Of a DNA stretch of 64,000 bases, positions 17,793-27,139 are shown in pieces. Both the position numbers and the translations under genes were made by a program. Each line of letters opens with the position of its first letter. The first letter of the stretch is position 1. The notes below the pieces were generated by a model. It ran no database searches and was not told the DNA's origin. It saw nothing but the letters and a program-made list of their open reading frames with translations. Source of the DNA: Deinococcales bacterium (GTDB lineage: Bacteria; Deinococcota; Deinococci; Deinococcales; JAAFIG01); NCBI GenBank assembly GCA_025359505.1, contig JANYHH010000028.1:66134-130133 (forward strand), read 5' to 3'.

Positions 17793-18012
17793 ATTTCTTG
17801 GGGAGGGTGGGGAGTCGACAGTGATGGTCACTCCCGCTCCCTTAGGCGTTTCGAGTGCCGTCTCGCACAGCTAGACTAACGCTTCGGCTCGAGCGATTGA
17901 ATCCCCTGTGAACGGTTCGAGGGTCGCCGCGTCTACGTTGCTGGGCAACACTGAGCGAAATTTTTATGGGGCACTGCCTCCCGTGAACTCAAGAGAAACT
18001 CGAGGTTACAGC

Positions 18013-19113
18013 ATGAAAACATCTGCCAAGGAATCAATGACGGCATTCTGGTTCTTGCTGCCGTTCCTGATCGCGCTCGTTGTGTTCTTCGCGTTTGCGT
18101 TTGGACGCACGGTCTTTTTTAGTTTCACGAATTACAACTTGTTCAACAAAATGGATTTTGTGGGTCTGGGCAGTTACGTCGATACGGTCAGGGATCCGCT
18201 GTTTATCACCGCGCTGGGCAACACCTTCGTCTTCTCGATTACCGTCACACTGCTGCAAACCATTGGGGCGCTGCTGCTGGCGATCGTACTGAACCAAAAG
18301 CTCAGCGGTTTGGGCTTTTTTCGCACCGCCTATTACTTCCCGAGCATCGCCTCGAGCGCGGTCACAACGCTGATTTTCATCTGGTTGTTTCGTCCGACGG
18401 GACTCATCAGTTACTTCGGCACGGTGCTGGGCAACAGTGCCTCGTGGATCGCGGCCTTCGCGCTGATCCTGATCGCCGTGCAAATTGGTCAGGTTTTATT
18501 GGAGCGCTCGCGCAACCTGCCTGCAAGCTGGTTTGACCCAGCGCTCTTGGTGGTGAGTCTGATCGCCGCGCTGATCGGCGCGAGCTTGCTGAACGCCTTC
18601 GGGGTGATCCGCATCGGCGACGCCGATCCGACGCCACTGACGTGGCTGTCTTCACGGGACAAACTGCTGGGGATCTTGCCGTACCCGCTGGCAGTGATTA
18701 TCGTAATGAACACCTTCACCACCATCCCGACGCTGATGTTGACGTTTTTGGCAGGCTTGCAAGGCATCAGCAACAGCGTCTACGAAGCGGCCAGCATCGA
18801 CGGCGCAAACCCCATTGAGCAGATGCTTTACATCACCGTACCGATGCTGCGCCCAGTGACCTTCTACGTCGTGACGGTCAGCATCATCGGTACACTGCAA
18901 ATGTTCGATCAGGCTGCGATGCTCGATGGCACGGCCCCGCTCGAGGGGACGATCACGTTGGCGTATTTCGTCTACAACGCTATTTTTCGCGGTTCCGGCG
19001 ACGCGATGGTCGGCGTGGCCAGCGCGGCCGCACTGATTCTGGCGCTGCTGACGCTCGGCGTGGTGCAGATTCAGCGCCGCTTTTTCGTCGGCGATGAGGG
19101 GGCAGGCAAATGA
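18013..19113 (+). CDS. sugar ABC transporter permease (MalF/UgpA-like)
   Basis: Multi-TMS protein with an EAA-like region EAASIDGANPIEQMLYITVPMLRP. ATG at 18013. Confidence 0.88.
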   Translation: MKTSAKESMTAFWFLLPFLIALVVFFAFAFGRTVFFSFTNYNLFNKMDFVGLGSYVDTVRDPLFITALGNTFVFSITVTLLQTIGALLLAIVLNQKLSGLGFFRTAYYFPSIASSAVTTLIFIWLFRPTGLISYFGTVLGNSASWIAAFALILIAVQIGQVLLERSRNLPASWFDPALLVVSLIAALIGASLLNAFGVIRIGDADPTPLTWLSSRDKLLGILPYPLAVIIVMNTFTTIPTLMLTFLAGLQGISNSVYEAASIDGANPIEQMLYITVPMLRPVTFYVVTVSIIGTLQMFDQAAMLDGTAPLEGTITLAYFVYNAIFRGSGDAMVGVASAAALILALLTLGVVQIQRRFFVGDEGAGK

Positions 19114-20570
19114 GCGCCATCGTCCGCAACGTTTCCGTCGGCGGCAAGGAAGTCACGCCCGCGTGGGTCATGCGTCGCCGCTGGAGCTACGCTGGGCTGA
19201 TCTACGCGACGTTGATTTTCTTCGCGATTTTCTTTATGGGGCCGTTGCTGATGGCCGCGCTCAGTAGTTTGAAAGTCGATCCGCTCGAGTACCCGCCGCG
19301 CATCAACTTCGAGGAGCTGCGCCCGCGCAACTGGGCAGCCGCATGGTCGCTCGGCACGCAAGGCAGCGGCAACCCGTGGACGGGTGGTTTGGAGCCGGGC
19401 AGGAGCATCAGTTTCACGGCTGATTACCTCGTCCCCGCGATCACTTTAGCGGCAGGGGCAACGCCCGCGCCGCTGTCGGTGATCGTGCCACGCTTGCGCC
19501 CCGGTGCGGGTGCGTTGGCGCTCGGGGATTTCGTTTATGCCGCCGATTACGCAACCGTTACCGATTTGAAGATCGCTAGCGTCACCGCCACGCAAATGTC
19601 AAACGGCGATCCCGCGCAGCGCGTGCGTTACGAGTGGCAGATCGCTTACCCGAAAGACGCCAAAAACATTGATGACGCGACGAAACCCGCGCCACTCGTC
19701 GGCCGCGTGCCAATGACGCTCGAGGCTCCGAGTGGCTATATTTTTGCCGACAGCACCCTCGACCCGTCGCGGCGCGAAATTCCGCAAGCGGCCACGACCG
19801 ACTTCCCGTATCCGTATGCGAAGATTCAGAGCTTCATCAACGTCACGCCGGGCTTTGCCAATTACGTCTTCAGAAACTACTTCAGGATTTTTGAAGAGGC
19901 GCGTTCGCAAACCACCGGGCGGCCGTTCTTCTTACAGTGGATGCTCAACAGTGCGCTACTGGTCATCATCAACACGCTCGGCACGCTGGTGTTTGCGAGC
20001 ATGGCCGGCTACGCGATGGCTCGGCTCGATTACCGCTTCAAAGGAGCGCTATTTTTGCTGGTGTTGTTCGTGATGACCGTCCCAAACCAAGTCTTGTTCA
20101 TCAGCAATTATTTGGTGCTGCGCGACCTAGGACTCTTAAACAACATCATCGGCGTCTGGCTGGTCTTGCCGTTCGTCGCTGCCGGACAAGTCTTTTTCAT
20201 GAAGCAGTTCTTTGAAACGCTCCCGAAGGAACTCGAGGAAGCCGCCAAGATCGACGGCGCGACGCCGTTCCAGACGTTTTACAAGGTGATCCTGCCGCTG
20301 GCCACGCCAGCGCTCGGGGCACTGACGATTCTGACGGCGCAGGGCACGTGGAATCAGTATTTCTGGGCGCTGATCGTGCTGACCAGCCCACAGGACAATT
20401 TCACACTGCCGATTGGGTTGAATAGCTTCAACCGCATTTACGGTCCAGCTGGTGATTACGGCTTGATTCTGGCGGGCGCGATTGTCAGCGCGATTCCGGT
20501 GATCGTGCTGTTCAGCGTCTTCCAGCGCTACTTCGTGGCCAGCGCCGCGACGAGCGGTGGTAAAGAGTAA
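19110..20570 (+). CDS. sugar ABC transporter permease (MalG/UgpE-like) with a ~200-aa extracytoplasmic insertion
   Basis: EAA motif EEAAKIDGATPFQTFYKVILPLATP. At 486 aa it is well above the ~280 aa typical of this family. A long non-hydrophobic loop lies between TM1 and TM2 (about aa 55-265). The start overlaps the previous stop (ATGA). Confidence 0.85.
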   Translation: MSAIVRNVSVGGKEVTPAWVMRRRWSYAGLIYATLIFFAIFFMGPLLMAALSSLKVDPLEYPPRINFEELRPRNWAAAWSLGTQGSGNPWTGGLEPGRSISFTADYLVPAITLAAGATPAPLSVIVPRLRPGAGALALGDFVYAADYATVTDLKIASVTATQMSNGDPAQRVRYEWQIAYPKDAKNIDDATKPAPLVGRVPMTLEAPSGYIFADSTLDPSRREIPQAATTDFPYPYAKIQSFINVTPGFANYVFRNYFRIFEEARSQTTGRPFFLQWMLNSALLVIINTLGTLVFASMAGYAMARLDYRFKGALFLLVLFVMTVPNQVLFISNYLVLRDLGLLNNIIGVWLVLPFVAAGQVFFMKQFFETLPKELEEAAKIDGATPFQTFYKVILPLATPALGALTILTAQGTWNQYFWALIVLTSPQDNFTLPIGLNSFNRIYGPAGDYGLILAGAIVSAIPVIVLFSVFQRYFVASAATSGGKE

Positions 20571-20581
20571 GTAGCTTCCTA

Positions 20582-20614
20582 CCCGTAGGGGCGACCACCC
20601 GCTCGCCCCTACCC
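20582..20614 (+). terminator. REP-like hairpin CCCGTAGGGGCGA-N8-TCGCCCCTACCC after the permease gene
   Basis: A perfect 10-bp stem, GTAGGGGCGA (20585-20594) with TCGCCCCTAC (20603-20612), lies 15 nt after the stop. The same 15-mer CCCGTAGGGGCGACC recurs at 62158-62194. Confidence 0.6.
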
Positions 20615-20785
20615 AGCTCGAGGCAATGCAACCCAAACTAAACTCGAGCTTTCGCACTTGACGGCTCGAGCAACCACACAAACCAAGATTTCATAAACCC
20701 AGATTTATTTTTCCAGCTTCCCAGCATCCCTTTGGTCTCGAGACTCGAGATCAGCCCATCCAATCCATTGAGGAGTCCATTTGCC

Positions 20786-22873
20786 ATGCGTTTGAAAGAG
20801 AACTTGTTGTACCTCGTGGCGGACGAGCGCGGCCAGATCAGCGGCGGCGAAACCGGCCTGTACCTCGGGGACACGCGCTACGTGTCGCATTTGGAGTGGC
20901 GCATTGGCGGCGCTGCGCCGACGGTGCTCAGTACACATTCGGCCGAGCCGTTCAGGTTCTCGCAACATGCCACGGAACCCGGCTTGGGCGTGGCGCAGCG
21001 GCTCGAGGTGCGGCGCAAAGGCTGGCTGTCCGGCGCGGTCTACTGTGAAAGCCTGCGCGTCAGGGTGTTCGATGACCCGACCAAGCCTAGCGTCTGGCAG
21101 CGCAAGGCGATTGATCTTTCCAAATTGGAATTGGTGCTGGACGCGGATTTCTGCGATATGTTCGAGGTCAGGGGCTTGCCGCGCATCGCCAGAGACGTGC
21201 AGCTCACACCGCAAGGGAACGGCTTTTTGTACAGCTACGCCGGGCAGGACGGCGTGCAGCGCAGCGCGTCAGTGACCATCTCACCGATGGGTGCATTCAG
21301 CCAAGTCGTGCTGAAAGACGGCATGAGCGACGCCCCGATGACGTTTGATAATGACAGCAATAATTTGGGCGAGCAGTTAGAAGATATCAGTGCGCCGCGC
21401 AAAGCGCTGTGCTTGACGTGGACGCTACCGACCTCGGGGCAGCTCGAGATCAGCTTGATCGTCACGCCGGGCGCGTCCGACAAGTCCATGCGGGCGCTGA
21501 CCTTCGAGGGTTTGCAGGGCGAGTACGCCGCGTGGCGCACGCGTTCCACGGTGCGGGTCGGTAATCGCCTGATTCAGCGTGTTTTCGACCGCTCGAGCGA
21601 GGATTTGCGCTCGCTCCTGTTTGACACCGCACAGGGCGTCTTTCCGGCGGCTGGGCTGCCGTGGTTCTGCACGCCCTTCGGCAGGGATTCGCTGATCGTG
21701 GCACTGACCACGCTGCCGTGGTATCCAGAGATCGCCAAAGGCACATTGCGGTATCTGGCTGCCAATCAAGGTAAAGCGCTGAATCCCGTCAACTTGGAGG
21801 CTCCCGGCAAGATCCTGCACGAGCAGCGCGATGGCGAGGCCAGTCGCACGGGACGCACACCGTTCCAGACGTATTACGGTTCTGTGGACGCCACGCCGCT
21901 GTGGGTGTGCTTGCTGGGCGATTACTTGGAGTGGACGGGCGATCTGGACACGGTGCGCGACCTCGAGCCGAATTTGAGCGCGGCGCTAGGCTGGATGGAA
22001 TCACTCGACGCCGACCCGGATGGCGACGGCTTCATCGAGTACCTGCCGCACGCGGGCGGCATCACCAATCAGGTCTGGAAAGACTCTGGCGACAGCACGT
22101 TTTTTGAAGATGGCACGAATCCAATCGGCGCGACGGCGGTCGTTGAGGTGCAGGCTTACGCGTACAAAGCTTTGGTCAGTGCTGGTCTGGTCTACCGCGC
22201 TCTGGGCAACGCGGCACGGGTGGCCGAACTCGAGACGACCGCCCGTAATTTCCAGCAGCAGTTCATCAAAGCCTTCTGGCTCGAGGAGCTGGGGACGTTA
22301 GCCCACGCATTGGACGGCGCGAAGCGACCCGCGAAGGTGATCGTCTCCAACCCCGGTCACGCGCTCTGGGCGGGCATCGTTTCGCAGCAGCAGGCGGTAG
22401 AGATCAGTGAAACGCTGTTCGGCGATCAGCTCTGGAGCGGCTGGGGCATTCGCACCTTGGGCGACGCGCAGCCGCGCTTCAATCCAGTGTCGTACCACAA
22501 CGGCTCGGTCTGGCCGCACGACAACGCATTGATCGCGCTGGGACTGGCGCGGTACGGACTGACTGAACACGTCAAGAAACTCGTGCGGGCGCAACTCGAG
22601 GCGGCGGCGCTCGTGCCCGATGCGCGACTCTCGGAGCTGTTCGCGGGCTTCAAACGCGAAAGCACCCTCGGGCTACCCGCCAATCCACCCGTGCCGTACC
22701 CAGCCGCTTGCCACCCGCAAGCGTGGGATGCGGCCGCGCCATACGCGTTTCTGTGGGCGGCGCTGGGGTTCACGTCCACTGAACACGGGACAGGTTTGGG
22801 GCTGCCCGAGGACTGGGGCGACGTGCAGGTCAGCGTGCTGAAAAACGGCGCTCGGCTCGAGGTCAGCCAGTGA
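20786..22873 (+). CDS. amylo-alpha-1,6-glucosidase / glycogen-debranching-enzyme family protein (GDE N-terminal plus GDE_C six-hairpin domain)
   Basis: MRLKENLLYLVADERGQISGGETGLYLGDTRYVS is the typical N-terminal domain. ...FCTPFGRDSLI... and ...YHNGSVWPHDN... are typical of GDE_C. GAGGAG lies upstream of the ATG at 20786. Confidence 0.85.
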   Translation: MRLKENLLYLVADERGQISGGETGLYLGDTRYVSHLEWRIGGAAPTVLSTHSAEPFRFSQHATEPGLGVAQRLEVRRKGWLSGAVYCESLRVRVFDDPTKPSVWQRKAIDLSKLELVLDADFCDMFEVRGLPRIARDVQLTPQGNGFLYSYAGQDGVQRSASVTISPMGAFSQVVLKDGMSDAPMTFDNDSNNLGEQLEDISAPRKALCLTWTLPTSGQLEISLIVTPGASDKSMRALTFEGLQGEYAAWRTRSTVRVGNRLIQRVFDRSSEDLRSLLFDTAQGVFPAAGLPWFCTPFGRDSLIVALTTLPWYPEIAKGTLRYLAANQGKALNPVNLEAPGKILHEQRDGEASRTGRTPFQTYYGSVDATPLWVCLLGDYLEWTGDLDTVRDLEPNLSAALGWMESLDADPDGDGFIEYLPHAGGITNQVWKDSGDSTFFEDGTNPIGATAVVEVQAYAYKALVSAGLVYRALGNAARVAELETTARNFQQQFIKAFWLEELGTLAHALDGAKRPAKVIVSNPGHALWAGIVSQQQAVEISETLFGDQLWSGWGIRTLGDAQPRFNPVSYHNGSVWPHDNALIALGLARYGLTEHVKKLVRAQLEAAALVPDARLSELFAGFKRESTLGLPANPPVPYPAACHPQAWDAAAPYAFLWAALGFTSTEHGTGLGLPEDWGDVQVSVLKNGARLEVSQ

Positions 22874-23089
22874 GGCTCGAGGATGTCACCAATTGATGAA
22901 TACGTGATTCACGAACCGTGGAGGCGAGGCTAGCCTCTACCGGCCGCGCAGCCTTGCGTTGCGAACCTGATCTCGAACCAGTTCTGAAACCGCGCAAGCC
23001 AATCGGTGTGCAGCCCAGTGAACCTCGAGATTCATTTTTTGCTACTATTTCGTAAGCGCTTACAATCATTTCTTCAGGAGCTTCCCAAC

Positions 23090-25036
23090 ATGTCGTCCCA
23101 GCTCACACCCCAACAACTCGAGACCTTACACGCCCTCGAACCAGCCATTCCCAGCGATCTTCCCGAACGGACTGAGTTTCTAGCCCGGCTGGGGCGCTAC
23201 CTGCCAGAACTCGAGGCTGGTTTAGCAGCCGTCTACCCGCAAGCCGATGTTTGGCCGCGCCTGCTGAGGATCATGCTCGGTCATCACACCGAGCGTTCAG
23301 CCGCCTTGCGACAACTCGACTACCAACGCTTGATTGCGCCAGATTGGTTCGAGCGCCCCGAGACGATTGCTTACGTCGCCTACACCGAGCGCTTCGCGGG
23401 TGATTTGAACGGCATTCACGACAAGCTCGAGTACTTACAAAGTCTAGGTGTCACGTACCTGCACCTGATGCCGTTCTTGAAACCGCGCCCCGCACCGCAC
23501 GACGGCGGTTACGCGGTGATGGATTACCGCGCCGTGCGGCCGGACTTGGGCGACATGCGCGATCTCGAGCGGCTCACCAATGCGCTGCACGGGCGGGGGA
23601 TCAGCCTGTGCTGCGACCTCGTGCTCAACCACGTGGCGATGGAGCACGAGTGGGCGGTGAAAGCCAGAGCGGGTAACGCGAAATACCAGCGTTACTTCTA
23701 CATGTACCCCGACCGCGACATGCCAGACCAATTAGAGCGAACACTGCCCGAGGTCTTCCCCGATTTCGCGCCCGGCAATTTTACGTGGGACACGCACAGC
23801 CAGCGCTGGGTTTGGACGACCTTCAACACGTGGCAATGGGATCTAAATTGGTCAAACCCAGACGTGTTCCTCGAGTTTGTCGATATTATTTTGCATCTGG
23901 CCAACAAGGGAATCGACATCTTCAGGTTGGACGCGATTGCGTTTATCTGGAAGCGTTTAGGCACGAATTGCCAGAACCTGCCCGAAGTCCACAGCCTGAC
24001 TCAAATCTTGCGAGCCGCTGCCCGCATCGTCTGCCCAGCCGTGATCTTCAAAGCCGAAGCGATTGTCGCCCCCAACGATTTAATCGCCTATCTGGGACAG
24101 GGTGAGCATTACGGCTTGGTCAGTGACAGCGCATACCACAACAGTTTGATGGTGCAAATCTGGAGCAGCCTCGCCAGCCGCGACACGCGCCTGATGGCGC
24201 ACGCGCTGCGGAGTTTCCCACCCAAGCCCAGCACCACCGCGTGGAACACCTACCTGCGCTGCCACGACGACATCGGCTGGGCGATCAGCGACGATGATGC
24301 TCGAGCTGTAGGCTTAGACGGTGCAGCTCACCGCAAGTTTTTAAGCGATTACTACAGCGGCGATTTCCCCGGCACGCACGCCAGAGGACTGGTTTTCCAA
24401 GAGAACAAACGCACCGCCGACCGCCGGATCAGCGGCAGCGGCGCGAGCCTCGCGGGTCTCGAGGTCGCACTGCACAATGATACTAAAAAGGGTGATGCTC
24501 GAGCAGTTGAGCTGAGCATCAAGCGTTTGCTGCTGGGTCACGCGCTGGTACTGGGGTACGGCGGCATCCCGCTGCTGTACATGGGCGACGAGTTGGCAGC
24601 GCTGAACGATTACGGCTTCATGACAGCACCAGAACACGCGGCTGACAACCGCTGGGTGCATCGCCCAATGATGGACTGGCAGGTCGCCAACGCCGCGATC
24701 GCAGGACGCGCCGCGCCGCACGTGCAGCAGATGTTCGACGGCTTAAAAACCTTGATCGCTGCCCGTCAACGCACGCCGCAACTGCACGCGATGCGCGACA
24801 CGGTGATCCTCGAGTCGCCGAACGCGCAGGTCTTCGCCTATGAGCGCCCCCACCCGCTGGGCAGCTTGCTGTGCCTGTACAACTTCTCAGAAGAGTTGCA
24901 AGTCATCCCAGCGTGGTTTCTGGGGAATCGCGGGTTGGGGCAAGCCACGGACTCCATCACCAACAAGCCGCTCGAGGTGAGGGATGGATTCGTCTGGCTC
25001 GAGGGGTACGCGGCTGTGTGGCTCAGGAGCGTTTAA
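23090..25036 (+). CDS. amylosucrase (GH13 subfamily 4-like alpha-amylase family enzyme)
   Basis: GH13 regions [23 protein letters not shown] and RCHDDIGW. The N-terminal helical domain and overall length match the Deinococcus/Neisseria amylosucrases. Confidence 0.85.
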   Translation: MSSQLTPQQLETLHALEPAIPSDLPERTEFLARLGRYLPELEAGLAAVYPQADVWPRLLRIMLGHHTERSAALRQLDYQRLIAPDWFERPETIAYVAYTERFAGDLNGIHDKLEYLQSLGVTYLHLMPFLKPRPAPHDGGYAVMDYRAVRPDLGDMRDLERLTNALHGRGISLCCDLVLNHVAMEHEWAVKARAGNAKYQRYFYMYPDRDMPDQLERTLPEVFPDFAPGNFTWDTHSQRWVWTTFNTWQWDLNWSNPDVFLEFVDIILHLANKGIDIFRLDAIAFIWKRLGTNCQNLPEVHSLTQILRAAARIVCPAVIFKAEAIVAPNDLIAYLGQGEHYGLVSDSAYHNSLMVQIWSSLASRDTRLMAHALRSFPPKPSTTAWNTYLRCHDDIGWAISDDDARAVGLDGAAHRKFLSDYYSGDFPGTHARGLVFQENKRTADRRISGSGASLAGLEVALHNDTKKGDARAVELSIKRLLLGHALVLGYGGIPLLYMGDELAALNDYGFMTAPEHAADNRWVHRPMMDWQVANAAIAGRAAPHVQQMFDGLKTLIAARQRTPQLHAMRDTVILESPNAQVFAYERPHPLGSLLCLYNFSEELQVIPAWFLGNRGLGQATDSITNKPLEVRDGFVWLEGYAAVWLRSV

Positions 25037-25227
25037 ATTTTTTCGCTCGAGTTGATCCCATCGTGCCCCAAACGCACGTCACGCTCGAGGTCAGCGCCTT
25101 GCTCAGCAGATATTCTGGGCGTGACCTTGAGCGCTTCTGTCCGAGGACGCCGCAAATTCTCGAGCAAGGTATCGGCAGCCAGCGTGTTGACCGTGGAAAT
25201 TTTGCGTCGTGATTTAGGGGATATCAT
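25033..25227 (-). CDS. hypothetical small protein (64 aa)
   Basis: The ATG is preceded by GGAAGGAAG at good spacing. I recognise no family. It converges on and overlaps the amylosucrase stop by 4 nt. Confidence 0.3.
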   Translation of the reverse strand: MISPKSRRKISTVNTLAADTLLENLRRPRTEALKVTPRISAEQGADLERDVRLGHDGINSSEKI

Positions 25228-25291
25228 CGCAGCTTCCTTCCGCGATCATTTTTACACTCGAGGCGTCCCAGATGTACTCGAGGCTGTACAC

Positions 25292-25738
25292 TCAGACTTT
25301 CCCGCTTCGCAATTCCTCAATCGCTTTTTCCACCCGCCGCGCTCGAGTCTCAGGGGTTTTCGCGCCTTCAATGCTCAGTGTGTGCCGCCGCTGGTTGCTG
25401 TATGACAGGTCTGCAAAAGACGCCTTAGCCGCCGCGTCCCCGCCCAGCGCCACCACGAAATCCTCGGGCAGCTCGAGGACTCGAGGGGCGGTATCCAGTG
25501 CGAGTTCAACCTCGAGCGTATCGCCGCCCGAGACGCCCGCCGCGCTCCGTATCTCGTGTGATACGGGGATCATGAATCTGCCACCCATCACGGCGACTGT
25601 GCTGCGGTACGTGTAGCCGTTCAATGTGACGCTGACGCTCGGTTTTTTGCTGGGGCCGAGCGCGGCAACGATTTCTGGCGGGACTTCGATGCCAGTCGCG
25701 GTTTTGCCGCTTTGCAGGATAGTCGTGGTGAATTTCAT
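25292..25738 (-). CDS. DUF1905 / YdeI-OmpD-associated family protein
   Basis: MKFTTTILQSGKTATGIEVPPEIVAALG...VTLNGYTYRSTVAVMGGRFMIPV (DUF1905) plus a C-terminal YdeI-like helix region. ATG at 25736-25738. Confidence 0.75.
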   Translation of the reverse strand: MKFTTTILQSGKTATGIEVPPEIVAALGPSKKPSVSVTLNGYTYRSTVAVMGGRFMIPVSHEIRSAAGVSGGDTLEVELALDTAPRVLELPEDFVVALGGDAAAKASFADLSYSNQRRHTLSIEGAKTPETRARRVEKAIEELRSGKV

Positions 25739-25766
25739 GCTGGCAGTCAGTCTATCGCTTCTACAT

Positions 25767-26942
25767 TCACTCGAGGCTGCCGGGGCTGCTGACTTCACTG
25801 TGCAACTCTTCAAACGCTTTGAGAATCGCGTCCGGCGCGTCTTTCTGGCGCGACTCCTGATAAAAGCGCTTGAAAGCTTCAATCGGCTCGAGGGTCGCGG
25901 CATCGGGCGGAGTTTGATCTCGAGTCACCGCGCCTTCGCTCAGTTCAACCTCGACCGCGAGCGCGTTGGGCAAAATCTTTAGCACGCGGTCTTTTAAGCC
26001 GGGCAGCGGATGCTCGAGTTTGACCGTGACTTTCAGCCAGCCATGAAAGCCCCGGTATTCCTCGAGCCGACGCTCCAAGCCGTCCATGTCGACTTTGATG
26101 TTTTTTAACATCTTGCCACTCGAGAGTGGCACACTGGTCAATCGCGCTCGCCGACCCGGTTCAACCTCGAGCAGCACCACGCGCTTTTGCTCGCCCGCCT
26201 CGCCGAAATCCAGTTGGATCGCACTGCCGCTGTAGACGGCGGGCGGCGCGTCGCGCAGTTGCTGCGGCTTGTGCAAGTGTCCCATCGCCACGTACTGGGC
26301 GCTCGAGCTGAAGGCTGCCGGGTCGATGCTGTAACTGTTGCCGACGTGGAACGTGAACTCGGAACCGCTCAGTTCGCCGCCGTCCAAGGTGCTGTGCAGC
26401 ATCAAGACGTTCACGGCGTCCGCGCTGAATCCAGCCTCGAGCCGCGCCATGAAGAACGCCATGCCTTCGCGGAATTTTTGCTTCCACAAGCCCGTGTCCA
26501 GCGTGCTGTCGATCATGTCGGCGGCTTTGACCAGTCGGCGCTCGGACAGGAACGGCAAGCCGCCGACGATCAGCTTGCCAGCGGGCAACTCGAGGGTCAC
26601 AGCTTTGAGACTGGACTTGACCTCGCCGAGCACGGTGACGTTGACGCGCTCTAAGAGTCCCGCCACGCTGTCCAAGCGGCGCGGGCTGTCGTGGTTTCCG
26701 GCGATCACGACGCTGGGAATTTTGGCTTCGCCCAAAGACAGAAAAAACTCGTAGACGGCGTTTTCGGCGTCGGCACTGGGATTAGCGCTGTCGAACAGAT
26801 CGCCAGCGACCAGCACGGCGTCCACAGATTCGGATTTGGCGACGTTCAGGATCTCCCCCAGCGCTTGGCGAATTTCTGGCGTGCGGTCTTGCCCGCGCAG
26901 CACGCGTCCAGCGTGCCAATCGGCGGTGTGGAGGAGTCTCAC
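25767..26942 (-). CDS. sbcD: exonuclease SbcCD, nuclease subunit D (Mre11 family)
   Basis: Calcineurin-like phosphoesterase motifs LLHTADWHAGR, LVAGDLFD, VIAGNHDS and GHLH. GTG start at 26940-26942. Confidence 0.9.
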   Translation of the reverse strand: MRLLHTADWHAGRVLRGQDRTPEIRQALGEILNVAKSESVDAVLVAGDLFDSANPSADAENAVYEFFLSLGEAKIPSVVIAGNHDSPRRLDSVAGLLERVNVTVLGEVKSSLKAVTLELPAGKLIVGGLPFLSERRLVKAADMIDSTLDTGLWKQKFREGMAFFMARLEAGFSADAVNVLMLHSTLDGGELSGSEFTFHVGNSYSIDPAAFSSSAQYVAMGHLHKPQQLRDAPPAVYSGSAIQLDFGEAGEQKRVVLLEVEPGRRARLTSVPLSSGKMLKNIKVDMDGLERRLEEYRGFHGWLKVTVKLEHPLPGLKDRVLKILPNALAVEVELSEGAVTRDQTPPDAATLEPIEAFKRFYQESRQKDAPDAILKAFEELHSEVSSPGSLE

Positions 26943-27139
26943 AGCTTGGGTCTCACTGGCTCGAGTCTACCCTGATTACGCTTGGAGCGAAATTATTCGG
27001 GCAACCACGATCCTCGAGACCGTTTTTAGTTCATTTATAGAAACTACTTCACAAATTGAATCATAACGTGTTGAATAGAGCGCAGAGGCAAGCACTGTCT
27101 CACTGCTCGAGGAGCAAACCTCGAGCCAAAGGAGCGAAT

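Noticed and set aside
17895-17925. GGTTCGAG strings as tRNA T-arms (also near 59725)
   Set aside because: There is no complementary T-stem, acceptor stem or anticodon arm around them. I found no tRNA, tmRNA or rRNA-like structure in the window.
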